This document shows, in pieces, positions 11,551 to 23,885 of a DNA stretch of 64,000 nucleotides (its first letter is position 1; every line of letters begins with the position of its first letter). Source of the stretch: Chiloscyllium plagiosum (lineage: Eukaryota); NCBI RefSeq assembly GCF_004010195.1, contig NC_057750.1, positions 12,989,369-13,053,368 of the forward strand, in the 5' to 3' direction. Made by a program: the position numbers and the translations under genes. The notes under the pieces were generated by a model. That model did not search any database, had not been told where the DNA came from, and worked only from the letters and a program-made list of their open reading frames with translations.

Positions 11551-12696
11551 TGTTAAACACTTTCAATGTGAAGCACTTGCTTCGAATCGGTTGGTTTATT
11601 CATTATAAAATCCTCAGCCTCTCTCAACTACCCACCTACATTAGAAGGTTGTCCTGTATATTGCTTTCTCTGTTGCGCCTGAACACTCACACCTGGCCGA
11701 GTGCAAATATCTATCTTGCACCCAGGCACCGAGGGTGGATTTTCCGATTTTGGGTACTATTAGTAATCTGGGTGCAAACTGCATTCGGTCTTGAAAAATG
11801 TGTTTACTTCTCCCTCTCTGAGCTGCAACTTATTTGCAAAATCTGCCATGAAAGAGGGCAATTCTCTTCAAGTTAAAGATGCATTCCTTTCTACACTGGA
11901 AAGCAGGAACCTTGGTAATGCCCCACTAAACCAGCTGAGAGTGCGTTTAACCGCAAAGGGATTTTGTAATGACCCCACTTGACTTTCAGATGTCCGAAAT
12001 GGAGCAGTTTCCCAGAATCCCTCACTGCTTACACGTGGCTATTGCCAGTTTTTAAATTGGGCTAAAGTCCAAAAAAAACCGCCTCCTCCAAGGCCTGCAA
12101 ATGATTCGCGGAAGCCGGGTGCGGTGGGTCCCCGTCCCGAGGGCAGTGCGTTTGGGGACGGTGTTAGAAACGGTTTCTGACCCGGTGCGTTTCAAACAGA
12201 GCAGAACGCGTGCCAGGTTAAAGTCGGACAATCCCAGACAATCTGTGACAACGAGCGAAGATTCGACCTCGGCCCAGGAGAGCAAGGCTTTCGGTAAAAG
12301 GTGCTTCTCTCCGGGGCTCCTCAGAGCTTTTGTTCTGTGTTTTTCATCTGCAGTCTTCTCACAGACGTTAGACCAGGCTCATGATGTGGATGCTCTTTGT
12401 CCCCCTGTAGCAGAGTCCTGGCACATGTGGGTTGATAGTTGTTCATGTCTCTGGCTGTCAAGGTTTTAAATGTTTAGTTTTCATGTGGACAGTCGATGAA
12501 GGTGATTGACGGAGCCTACAGTGGATACTTTTAAGATGCTGGAGCATAGAACATAGAACATTACAGCACAGTACAGGCCCTTCAGCCCTCGATGCTGTGC
12601 TGGCCTTTTAGGCTGCACTAAGATCAAACTAACCTGTATACCCTGCATTGGGCTGACTTCCATGTGTCTATCCAAGAGCCACTTAACTAACACTAC

Positions 12697-13240
12697 CTGT
12701 GCAAATTCGCTGGGAAGACAGACACACCAGCACCAGCCTCCATGACCAGGCCAACATCCCTGGCATTGAGACACTGACCCCCTCCCCCTCCCCAATCGGC
12801 TGCGATGGGCTGGGCACGCCGTCCCCATGACCGACACGGTACTCCCCCAGCAGGTGCTCTACTCCCAGCTCCCAAACGACAGGCCAGCCCCAGGTGGGAC
12901 AGAGGGAGCGCCTCAGGGATACCCTCAAGGCCTCACTGGGCCGAGTGCGGCCTTTCCACAGACACCTGGGAATCACTGGGCCGAGACCGTCCACAGTGGA
13001 GGAGGGGCATCCGGGAAGGCGTGGAGCACCTGGAGACTCGCCGTCGGGAAGAAGCGGAAGCCGGGCAAAAGGAACACGCTGCCTCACCAACACCCCACCC
13101 ACCCCCTTCCCATGACCACCTCCTGCCCCCAGTGTAACACAGCCTGCGGTAGGCCCATCGGTCTGTACAGCCACCTGCAGACTCACCCTGAGAGTGGGAG
13201 AGAGTCATCCTCGACTGTGAGGGACCGCCAATGATGGTGA
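12697..13240 (+). mobile_element. RTE-clade LINE 3' end (frameshifted)
   Basis: Across frames: LRWAGH, MTDTVLPQQVLYSQL, RLRDTLKASL, WESLGRDRPQWRRGIREG, and the C-terminal zinc-finger-like CPQC...GLYSHLQTH. Short 3' UTR ending atgatg. Confidence 0.88.
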
Positions 13241-14534
13241 CGCTATGCAGTCTGTTCAAAAGATGTGAAAGGAACAGAACTGAGGGGGAAGAATTTTCCA
13301 TTGCCATCTTCTTTGATTCCAGTCACAAAACGGGCTTGACTAATGATTCCAGAAAATGTGCGACTGGATTATTTCAGGATTCAGCCAAGAGCAAATGGAA
13401 TCTCACAGCACCAAGAAACTAACTTGTCAGGCAATTCCCGCAGTTTTAATTCCTGAATCGCTGAGACCTGTCCTCTGTAGGCAAAAGGAACGTGTCCAGG
13501 CACTGTGCCATTTTTGAATTCAGCAAAAGATTGGGGAGCAATCCTGGTGCATTCTCCATAGCAATGTATCATAAGCGAACCAGAGCCAACTTGCCGACCA
13601 ATCAGACCCTTTTTCTCAGGCAGTGTACATTGTTTCTCCTTTGAAATTTGGCATTCTTGCAATTCGATCCTGATGATTGCAAGCTATGACAGTGTGTCCC
13701 TTTTCCCAACATCCCCTGAATTGGGATCCAATTGGATAACTGATCTGATCATAATGCAAATTAGCCCTCGATCTCCAGAGGGGGTTCAGCTCCCCTTTCT
13801 CCGGTGAGAAAGGTTTAAGTTTGCAAGTGATGTATTATGAGACACTGTCCTAAATGATTTGAGGCTGCTTTCTGAAAAGGATAAATAAATGAGGTGCAAC
13901 TTCCCGATCCTATACAGGTCTTTGCCTCCTTCCTCATTAACATTGGATTAACATCAGTTGGGAAACCAGTAGCATGGAAGTGAGCGGAACTCTGAGGGAT
14001 TATGGGTACAGTCGGTGGGAAATAACGTTATGGGGAAAAGATCAATTCAGCACCACATGGTTCCATCATAACACGGCCTGTTCTGGTGAACAGAGGAATG
14101 ATGTTGACAATTCAGGTCCCACTAAGGTTGCGAGTGGATTGTAAAATTCCTTTTCAAGTCTGCACCATATTCCCTTTTGAAAACTACAATTCAACCTCGC
14201 CCACCACCCCCTCAGGCTCTACATCCCAGTTTCAAGCAACTTGCCATGAAATTTGTTTTTTGTCTGTCCCTCAGGTCACCTTTACACTTTGGCAAGTTCC
14301 TTCAACACTGTGTGGTTCGGAAGAGATTTTTCCCCGAAATATTCCTTTGAACCGAACGGCTTTCCCAGCTTTTGGACTTTTTTGTAAAGTCACTTTGCAA
14401 AAGGAGAAAGGGAACTGCGCTGTGTTTGTAGGGAGCATAAACAACTCAACTATAAGATCATAAGACACAGGCACAGGAGAAAGCCATTCAGCCCATCTCA
14501 CCTCATCTCTGAGTTGATAGTTCAGTGTTTTGCT

Positions 14535-14848
14535 CAAACCTCTTTTAATTTAGATAAATGTGAGGTGCTGTATTTTGCAAAGGCAAATCAGGGCAGGACT
14601 TGTACACTTAATGGTAAGGCCCTGGGGACTGTTCTGGAACAAAGAGACCTTGGAGTGCAGGTTCATAGTTCCTTAAAAGGGGAGTTGCAGGTAGATAGAG
14701 TGATGAAGAAGGTGTTTGCCTTTATTGGTCAGTGCATTGAGTATAGGGGTTAATAGGTCATGTTGTGGCTGTACAGGACATTGATGAGAACACTTTTGGA
14801 ATATTGTGAGCAATTCTGGTCTCCCTGCTATAGGAAAGATATTGTTAA
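14535..14848 (+). mobile_element. CR1 LINE, 5' half of a split copy
   Basis: FNLDKCEVL...EQRDLGVQVHSSLK...LYRTLMRTLLEYCEQFWSPCYRKDIVK; continues at 17379. Confidence 0.9.
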
Positions 14849-15187
14849 GTTTGTGCGAAGATTTGTAGCTCGGGTGCTCGTTGTTGTGGTTCTGTTCGCC
14901 GAGCTGGAAGTTTTTGTTGCAAACGTTTCGTCCCCTGGCTAGGCGACATCATCAGTGCTTGGGAGCCTTCTGCGAAGCGCTTCTTTGATGTTTCCTCCGG
15001 TGTTTATAGTGGTCTGTCCCTGCCGCTTCCGGTTGTCAGTTTCAGCTGTCCGCTATAGTGGTTGGTATATTGGGTCCAGGTCGATGTGTTTGTTGATGGA
15101 GTTTGTGGATGAATGCCATGCCTCTAGGAATTCCCTGGCTGTTCTCTGTCTGGCTTGCCCTACGATAGTAGTGTTGTCCCAGTCGAA
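14849..15187 (-). mobile_element. PLE family C: GIY-YIG endonuclease C-terminus plus terminal repeat with hammerhead
   Basis: Minus strand 15187-15053 reads FDWDNTTIVGQARQRTAREFLEAWHSSTNSINKHIDLDPIYQPL*, typical of the end of a PLE ORF. Hammerhead at 14958-14919. Confidence 0.85.
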
Positions 15188-15246
15188 TTAAATGCCTAAA
15201 ACTAGGGGGCATGCATTCAAGGTGAGAGGGGGAAAGCTCAAAGGAG

Positions 15247-15582
15247 ATAGAATCATAAAATCCTTAACAGTGTGCAAACAGGCCATTTGGCCCAACAAGT
15301 CCAATCTGACCCTCCAAAGAGTAACCCACCCAGACCCTATTATTCTACATTTACCTCAGACTAATGCACCTAACTTACACATCCCTGAACACAATGGGCA
15401 ATTTAGTACGGCTAATTGCCCTAACCTGCACATCTTTGGATTGTAGGAGGAAACCAGAGCACCCAGAGGAAAGTCACGCAGACACGGGGAGAATGTGCAA
15501 ACTCCAGTCAGACAGTCACCCGAGGCTGGAATCAAACCCAGATCCTTGGTGCTGTGAGGCAGCAGTGCTAACCACTGAGCCA
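15247..15582 (-). mobile_element. HE1 V-SINE nested in a CR1 fragment (~15190-15775, +)
   Basis: Reverse-complement HE1 interrupts ...ggaaagctcaaaggagat / agagagtggtaggagtctggaatgcactg... Confidence 0.85.
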
Positions 15583-16059
15583 GAGAGTGGTAGGAGTCTG
15601 GAATGCACTGTTAGAGGTGGTGGTGGAGGCAGATAGGGCATTTAAGAAACTTTTACATCGGCACATGAATATGCAAGGAATGGAGGGATATGGACCAAGG
15701 GCAGGCAGAGGGAATTAGTTTAATTTGGCATTGTGTTCGGTGCAACATCATTGGCTGTACTGTTCTAGGTTCTATATTATATGGACGAGTTAGACCGAAG
15801 GGTCTGTTTCTATGCTGTATAACTCTATGACTCTAATATCCTTGAGCTCAGATTCAGCTTTCAGCCTTGAACTTATTAGTTTTTCTTTTATGTTTCTCCT
15901 CCATGCTCTCCCTGCATTGATATTAACTCTTCCTCCTTGCAGTCTCCGACACATTAATATCGTGTATGACACAATTTACTTGACCTCTTCAAATTCTAGC
16001 CTCCATATTACTTCCCCTCATATTGAGCTCTGCAGCCATTTCCCTCTCACTCAGACAGG

Positions 16060-16432
16060 TCCAGGGCTCCCTTGGTATGATGTAACTCAGTTGCCAGCAT
16101 TTCCACATCCGGAGTCAGACGATTGTGGCTTTGAGTCCCCCTCCAATGAGCACATACGACATAATCCAGGCACGTATTAAAGTGGTGCATTGCAGGTGTT
16201 GTGCATGTCAGCGCTGTTATCTTTAGGATGAGATGCCCATCCCTCTCCTGGACCAACATCAACCACTACCTAAAGCAGGTGTTACTATCTCATTGTTGTT
16301 TTTGGGATCCTCCTGTGCATAGACTGACTGCCTTTCCCTCACTTGTGACTACACTTCTTGAATTGGTTGTTAAAGTGCCTTGGGATATCTTGAGGTCAAG
16401 AAGAGTGCACTACCAATGCAAGTCTTTTGTTT
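16060..16432 (+). mobile_element. Degenerate Deu-domain SINE (SacSINE1/AmnSINE-like)
   Basis: tctttaggatgaga..., tgggatcctcctgtgcat...gtgactacactt...aaagtgccttggga...aatgcaagtcttt. Related pieces at ~10200-10390, 19340-19470 and 22310-22445. Confidence 0.6.
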
Positions 16433-17252
16433 AAAATGTCAACAGGCCTGTAAATAAAACGTGATTCAAGCAGCAATACTTTGTCTTTGTAAGTCGCAAC
16501 TTAGTCCCATGAGCTGACAGACAAAATTTATCACGGAGCATTGATTCCAGTAAATCTCCTTTGGAGATCTCATTTCACACAGGCTAAAGAGTGGAGCTTT
16601 TCTCAATCTAGTTAACAACTCCTGCAGTCAGCAGTGAACAGCTCTGCCTCTTGTCTCTGAGGTTATATAATCAGACCATGGAGTTATCAAAACCCATAGC
16701 CTCGGGCCAGCCTGATGAAGGAATTTGGCCGGAAACATTGACTTTACTGCTCCTGGATGTTATCTGACCTGCTGTGCTCTTCCAGCTTCACATCTATTAA
16801 CTGAGATTTCATAAGGGATGACTTGACATGATTGAGGAGTGGTGCTGGTGAGTGGGTTTAGTTAAGGTGGTTTTTTTCCAGGGGTTGGTCAGCGTGAGAG
16901 GGGGCTGCTGTCCATATACTGTGAGCAGGGCAGTATTACAGGAGGACAGTGTAATACAACTGTAGATGTGTACTGCACATATAATCTTCAAAGTACTCTC
17001 CTGTTGTGATGGGCTTTGAATCTACAGAACCTAGGCCATTGCAGAAACAAACAGCCTGGGGCACTGGGAAATGCCCTTATTATGAGATGATCCCATTAAA
17101 ACCAGGACGGTCTGATCTGTCTTTCCCTGCAGTCAACTGAGCCTCTTCTGTTGCAGTGGTACAGCTAAATTACTTCCAGCCAAATGCTACTGGCATCTTC
17201 ATGTATGAGCTAACAGGATTCTTGACCACCGGACGGTGCTTTGGTTGCCACA

Positions 17253-17380
17253 TATGAACACCGGAGGAAACATCAAAGAAGCGCTTCGCAGGAGGCTCCC
17301 AAGCACTGATGATGTCGCCTAGCCAGGGGACGAAACGTTTGCAACAAAAACTTCCAGCTCGGCGAACAGAACCACAACAA
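17253..17380 (+). mobile_element. PLE family C inverted arm
   Basis: Reverse complement of 14881-15008 (128 bp, 2 mismatches seen). Confidence 0.88.
17303..17342 (+). ncRNA. Putative minimal hammerhead ribozyme (family C)
   Basis: GCA CUGAUGA U GUC-g-CCU-agcc-AGG-g-GAC GAAA C GUU UGC: conserved core, helix I GCA/UGC, helix II, ACGU palindrome. Confidence 0.75.
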
Positions 17381-17845
17381 GATATTGTTAAATTGACAAG
17401 TTTCAGAAAAGATTTACAAAGCTGTTGCCAGGGTTGTAGGGTTTGAGCTATAGGGAGAGGCTGAATAGGCTGGGGCTGTTTTCCCTGGAGCGTCGGAGGC
17501 TGAGGGGTGACCTTATAGAGATTTATAAAACCAAGAGGGGCATGGATAGGGTAAATAGACAAGGTCTTCTGCTCAGAGCAGGGGAGTCCAAAACTAGAAG
17601 GCATAGGATTAAGGTGAGAAGGGAAAGATTTCAAAGGGACCTTTTTCATGCAGCGGGTGGTGTGTGTATGGAATGAGCTGCCAGAGGAAGTGGTGGAGGC
17701 TGGTACAATTTAAAAGGCACCTGGATGGGTATATGAATAGGAAGGGTTTAGAGGGATATGGGCCAAATGCTGGCAAAGGGGACGAGATTAAGTTAGGATA
17801 TCTGATTGGCATGGACCGATGGGTCTGTTTCCATGATGACTCTAT
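17379..17845 (+). mobile_element. CR1 LINE, 3' half of the split copy
   Basis: Resumes at KDIVK...SYRERLNRLGLFSLERRRLRGDLIEIYK and runs to the 3' UTR. Confidence 0.9.
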
Positions 17846-18962
17846 ACTTTATTGTAGCTTGTTATGTCCCAGAATATCCCTTTACTACAATCCACAGTCT
17901 TTTCAAACTCACCTGATCGCAAACGTTTGGACAAGTGAACCCTTTCGATGACTTTCCATGTTGGGTAGGATTGATGAGGGAATTTCCCAGATGAGGTGCA
18001 ATGAGCCAGGAGAAGGGTTTGAAATGAACCCATTGTCTGAAGCATGCTCTCGCAACCTCCTGGCATATATAACGGAAAGCAGCTCCATTTCCAAAGCTGG
18101 GCCTGAACGAACGGTTTGAGAGGCAAGACTTTCTCCGATGCATTAAACTCCCCAGCTCAAATATCACCCAAAGGATAGCACACAAAGTTGTGATGAATGA
18201 TATTTAACAGGGCAGTTTACAGTCTGTCCTGACCCTTAAATATTGACTTTAATTGAAACTAATGTATTTTAGTGCCGACAATTAACCTGCAGTACAAAAT
18301 GTGAGCAGGCTGTAATTCCACTCGAAGATAATTTACAACCCCAACTCCCAATCTCCATCAGGTGGTAAATCTCCTGAACCATCATTGCCTGTTGAAAATA
18401 CCCAAGGCCCCTCTGTTTATGATTCTCCAGCTAATAGGAATCCCATATAAAACATTGCCTATAACTTGCCCCTATAATATTCCCTGATATAACACACTTT
18501 GATAATGGTTCTCTTGGTAATGCAAAACCATAACACAGGCTGGACTCGTGAGTCTCTTGCTGAGAGCAAACGGCATTAAATGCTCTTTCACTCCCACCTC
18601 AGCATGACAAGCTTCGGTACGTCTATTCCGTCAGAATTGTCGGGAGGATGTTGACTTTGACGTGGTGGTAGTGCTCCTGCCTCCCAGTGACGCATTGAGT
18701 TCGGCTGAGTTACCAGACCCGAAACGTGAACTCGGCTTTCTCTCCCTCCGATGCTGCCCAGACCTGCTGAGCTTCTCCAGCAATTTTGGTTTTCTTTTCG
18801 GATCTCAGCATCTTTGTTTCACTTCCCACTTTACGAATCCCACTCCGGAATCTTCAACACGTGAATCTAAGGTGACACTCCCCTCTGCATTGGACTTTCT
18901 GGATCCCAAAGTACCATTAACGAGGAGTTCAGCCTGGTGTCCCACAGCCAACATCACAGATA

Positions 18963-19300
18963 CAGAATCATAGAATAGAAGCCCTACAGAATGGGAACAG
19001 GCCCTTCGGCCCAACAAGTCCATACTGACCCTTCAAAGAGTATCGCACCCGAACCCATTCTCCACTACTGTAGATTTATCCCTCCCTAACCTACACATCC
19101 CTGGGCACTATAGCATGGCCAATCCACCCTGACCTGCACATCTTTGGACTGTGGGAGGAAACCAGAGCACCCGGAGGAAACCCCACGCAGATAGAGGTAG
19201 AACATGCAATCTCCACACAGACAGTCGCCTGAGGCTGGGAATCGAACCCAAGTCCCTGGTGCTGTGAGGCAGAAGAGCTAACCACTGAGCCACCCTGCTG
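18963..19300 (-). mobile_element. HE1-type V-SINE
   Basis: Reverse complement of the full HE1 head, V-domain and tail. Confidence 0.88.
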
Positions 19301-20764
19301 CCCTCTCACCATGCTAAGGCAGTTCCACACCACTGTTCCCTCGGAGATTATTCTGTGCAAATTGCCTGTCATATTTCTCTGCTCTACAACATTGGCAGCA
19401 TTTCACAAGTAGTTTGAGGCCTGCGGAATGCTTTGAGATTATGTAAGAAACTGGTGTAAAGTCTTTCTTTGATTTACATTGCAATGTTGGCTTGTCTCTT
19501 TAGAAGGACGATACAATTGAAACATATGGAATACTTAATGGACTGGACAGAGTAGATGTTGGGAAGATGTTTCCATTGGTGGGAGAGACTAGGGCCCAAG
19601 GGCACAGCCTTAGAGTAAAGGGAAGACTGGAGATAAGGCGAAACTTCTTCAGCTGGAGGATAGTGTGGAGGCCAAGTCATTGAGTATATTTAAAACGGAG
19701 ATCGATAGGTTCTTGATTGTAGAGGGGGTCAAGGGTTACAGGGAGAAAGCGGGAGAATGGGGTTGAGAAACTTGCCAGCCATGATTGAATGGTGGAGTAG
19801 ACTCGATGGGCTGAATGGCCCTAATTTCTGCTCCTCTGTCTAATGGTCTTCTGGTCTAAATACTTTCAGTTGGAAAGATTGGTTGAGCAAAGAGTTGGTT
19901 AAAGAACACAGAGCAAAATCAAACTGGAGGTGGGGTGGAGGTGCAGTTACATGGCGATGTTGCGACCGGTCTAGCAATCCTGGGTTCAAATCCCAGCATG
20001 CACGGCTGGCATCATTTCAATTCCATTCATAAACTTGGGATTTAAACTCAGCGATGGTGATGGTGCAACCATTGTTATAAAACCCACCTGGGTCACCCCA
20101 CTGGGTTCCTCAGGGAGGGAAAAGTGCCATGCTTACCTGGTCCGGTCTACATGTGAATCCAGACCTACAGGAGTGTAATTGAATCATATCTGCGCCCCCA
20201 CCCTGAAATGACTGAGCAAGCCAGTCAGTTGCACCTAACCACTACAAAGTCTGAAACAAATGAACATCTAACATCAACGCAAGCTGGAACTCAGCATTAT
20301 TGATCACTGTTCATTCAGTGTCGCTGGGTCAAAATCCTGGAATGACCTCTCTCAGAGTATTGTGGGTCATACCCACAGCACATGGACTGCAGCGGTTCAA
20401 GAAGGTAGCTCACCCCCCACCATCTCTTGCAATGGACAATAAACTCCAGTCATGGCCACCTCACACGAAGAGCAAAATTAAAAATAAATATTGCCCCGGC
20501 AGTGTCAGAATGAGCCATTGTTAGCCCTGAATGTGAAGGATCATGGGACCCAAAGCAACTTTGGCTACTCTTGCGATCAGAGTTAGTTCATGACCACGTT
20601 GGACTGTGCACTGGAACCTAAACCATTTCTCACTGCGTGAGCATCTTGGGCTATTCGACTGCAAAAGGCATCACATCCTAACCTGTCATTATTCTCGCCT
20701 ATATCAGAACATTTTCAGATAGTGGCTCAATGAATGGGCTGGGGAACACATGTTGGGACTAAAG

Positions 20765-20857
20765 CAGAGAAGGCTGGAGAAACTCAGCAGGTCTGGCAGC
20801 ATCTGTGGAGAAAGAAACAGAGTTAACGTTTCAGGTCCAGTGACTCATCTTCAGATT
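20765..20857 (-). mobile_element. PLE-like short repeat family D with degenerate hammerhead
   Basis: Minus strand CUGAAGA UGAGUC ACUG GACCU GAAA C GUU AAC...tctccacagatgctgccagacctgctgag. Family also at ~1075-1140, 4590-4735, 18700-18815, 28240-28425, 31410-31490, 31815-31910, 35135-35245 and 49075-49410. Confidence 0.65.
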
Positions 20858-21014
20858 GAAGACAACAATTTTCTGTCGAAATGAAAGACACTACATTACC
20901 ATTTTATTTTCAGTTTAAGGGTTAGATTTGATTCTATGCTTTCTTTTTCTCTTGTAAACATACGAGATCCTGTTGAAGCGAAATGTCAGCTTATCAACGT
21001 GGCTAAAGGTAGAT

Positions 21015-21215
21015 GACCGTGTTGGAAAAGCACAGCTGGTCAGGCAGCATCCGAGGAGCAGGAGAGTCAATGTTTCAAGCAAAAGCTTTTCATCCTGATG
21101 CTTTTGCCCGAAACATCGACTCTCCTGTTCCTCGGACACTGCCTGACTGCTGCGCTTTTCCAGCACCACACTTTTTGACTCTGATCTCCAGTGTCTGAGG
21201 TCCTCACTTTCTCCT
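21015..21215. mobile_element. Older palindromic PLE family A insertion
   Basis: Diverged inverted arms joined at ...gcttttcatcctgatgcttttgcccgaaacatcg... Confidence 0.75.
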
Positions 21216-21784
21216 AATATTTGTCCTTCAATAATGACGGCGCCTAAAACTGGTAATGTAGTCGTATGAGTATACAGACATTAGGTAGAAAAAGGCCATT
21301 CAGCCCCTCAAGTCAGCTCCGCCCTTCAATAAACTCGATGCTAATCTGTTTACGTTTCACATTCCACATTCCCAGCAAACCTCAAGGACTTTTGATTCTT
21401 CTTGTCTAACAGGAACCTGTCTAACACCACCACCTTAAAAATATTCCATGACCCCCTCCCCCTAACCCGGTCTCCAGCTCCTTCCGAGGCACTGGGTTCC
21501 AATTATGTCCAACCCACTGAGAGAAAAATAAAATTCTCCTCATTGCTCTCCTAAAAAGACAATTTCTTAGTTTCAAACAGTGCCTCGGGTCATTTGGGCT
21601 CTTTGGCACATTGGGTCTGTGCTATCTACATTAATTTCACTTTCCAGTCCCTTGAATCCCTATAGTGTGGAAGCAGACTTTTCAGCCCATCGATTCTCTA
21701 CCAACCCTCTGAAGAACATCCCACCTACAACTATTCCCTTACCCTATCCCTGCATTTCCCATGGCTAATCCACATAGCCTGCAT

Positions 21785-22115
21785 ATTAGATTAGATTAGA
21801 TTACTTACAGTGTGGAAACAGGCCCTTTGGCCCAACAAGTCCACACCGACCAGCCGAAGCGCAACCCGCCCAGACCCATTCCCCTACATTTACCCCTTCA
21901 CCTAACACTACGGGCAATTTAGCTCTCTGGACAATGTGGGCAATTTAGCATGGCCAATGCGCCTTAACCTGAGCGTCTTTGGATTGTGGGAGGAAACCCA
22001 CGCAGACACAGAGAGAATGTGCAAGCTCCACACAGACAGTCACCTGAGGTGAGAATTGAACCTGGGTCCCTGGCTCTGTGAGGTAACAGTGCTAACCACT
22101 GAGCCACCGTGTCAC
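21785..22115 (-). mobile_element. HE1 V-SINE (nested or partly duplicated copies)
   Basis: (ttaga)n tail followed by reverse-complement HE1; another HE1 tail at ~21650-21785. Confidence 0.85.
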
Positions 22116-23171
22116 CCAAATGCAATGGCGGGAATGTTAATCCACTTCAATCACTCTTTCATGTATGTTTTGAACATTGTGAGGTTTTCTGCCTCTATTA
22201 CTCTCCCAGGCAGTACATTCCAGATTCCTACTGTCCTCTGTGTGAACATTTTCATCAAATCCCCTCTAAACCTCCTGCCCGGCCCATTAGTTATGGACTT
22301 ATCCACTGGTCATGGCTGATTATGGGAGCTTGCTGTGCATCAATGGGCTCCCAGTTTCCTACATGTGTGATCACACTTGGCTGTAAAGTGCTTGGTAAAC
22401 TCTGAGGGTGTGAAAGGCACTATATAAACGCAACGCTTTCTTCTGTCGCTTTGATAGGATACTGCCTGTTGGCTCAGCGGCTCACAAATGGAAAGACTGT
22501 TGAAGATTACAGGTAAATCCCCAGCCTGCATCCGTGTGAATTATCCTCTCATTTTAACACAAGTCCCTTTAAATTGAAATCTCGGTGTGGACAGCCTGCA
22601 AGATGGTTGCTTTGGGCATCAGAGGAAGTGGATGGGAGCTTTTTATTGATCTCCTGGGTCTGATTGATGCTGGTACAGAGTGCCTCCTACTGTTAAACGC
22701 CCCGTTACAAACAACTAGGCTTCCCTCTCATTTATCTCCAAATCGAACATTAAATGTAAAACCACTGCTGCATTTCTGACCACAATGGGCACTCAGTGAC
22801 AATAATGAAACTTGCGGTAATGGGATCTCTCCTTATCCAGAGAGAAATTATCTCTTTACCCATAAACCTCTGACTCTGTAAAATAGACCTTTGGTAGGTT
22901 TTAACACATTTCAGGAACAAGGAAGTATCTCTCTGGTTGCAGGCAAGGATTTACTGTGTAATATTTATACATTAAGCATACATTAGCTGAAGAAATGCAC
23001 ACATTGTTAAAGTTTTTGATCTTGCATTCATCAGGATAATTTGCAAGAAATACTGATTTGGTATTCTCACAAAATTGTCTGATGACTGAAAGATTAAAAA
23101 AAAACTTCACCAAAATGTCTTTTTTCAGCAAAACTTCAAATATTATGTGTGTGTGTACGTGCGCGCGCATT

Positions 23172-23885
23172 GCTATGCTTTCCTTTATAGGTCAGAGTAT
23201 TGAGTATAGGAGTTGGGAGGTCATGTTGTGGCTGTACAGGACATTGGTTAGGCCACTGTTGGAATATTGCGTGCAATTCTGGTCTCCTTCCTGTCAGAAA
23301 GATGTTGTGAAACTTGAAAGGGTTCAGAAAAGATTTACAAGGGTGTTGCCAGGGTTGGAGGGTTTGAGATATAGGGAGAGGCTGAACAGGCTGGGGCTGT
23401 TTTCCCTCAAGCGTCAGAGGCTGAAGGGTGACCTTATAGAGGTTTACAAAATCAGGAGGGGCATGGATAGGTTAAATAGGCAAAGTCTTTTCCCTGGGGG
23501 GTGGGGGAGTCCAGAACTAGAGGGCATAGGTTTAGGGTGAGAGGGGAAAGGTATAAATGAGACCTAAGGGGCAAATTTTTCACACAGAGGGTGGTACCCT
23601 TCAGTCCAATTTAGCCATGCTGACTAGATATCCTAAATTAATCTAGTCCCATTTGCCAGCACCCAGCCCATATCCCTCCAAACCCGTCCTATTCATATAC
23701 CCATCCAGATGCCTTTTAAATGTTGCAATTGTACCAGCCTCCACCACATCCTCTGGCAGCTCATTCCATACACGTACCACCCTCTGCGTGAAAACATTGT
23801 CCCTTAGGTCTCTTTTAAATCTTTCCCGTCTCCCCCTAAACCTATGCTCTCTAATTTTGAACTCCACGACCCTAGGGAAAAGACC
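23172..23885. mobile_element. Two CR1 fragments joined in opposite orientation (+ 23172-23597; - 23597-23885)
   Basis: LYRTLVRPLLEYCVQFWSP...GDLIEVYKI on +; RFKRDLRDNVFTQRVVRVWNELPED on -. Confidence 0.9.

Noticed and set aside
11730..12300. CpG-rich stretch, possibly a DNA-transposon relic or promoter
   Set aside because: Could not identify TIRs, a TSD or promoter architecture with confidence.
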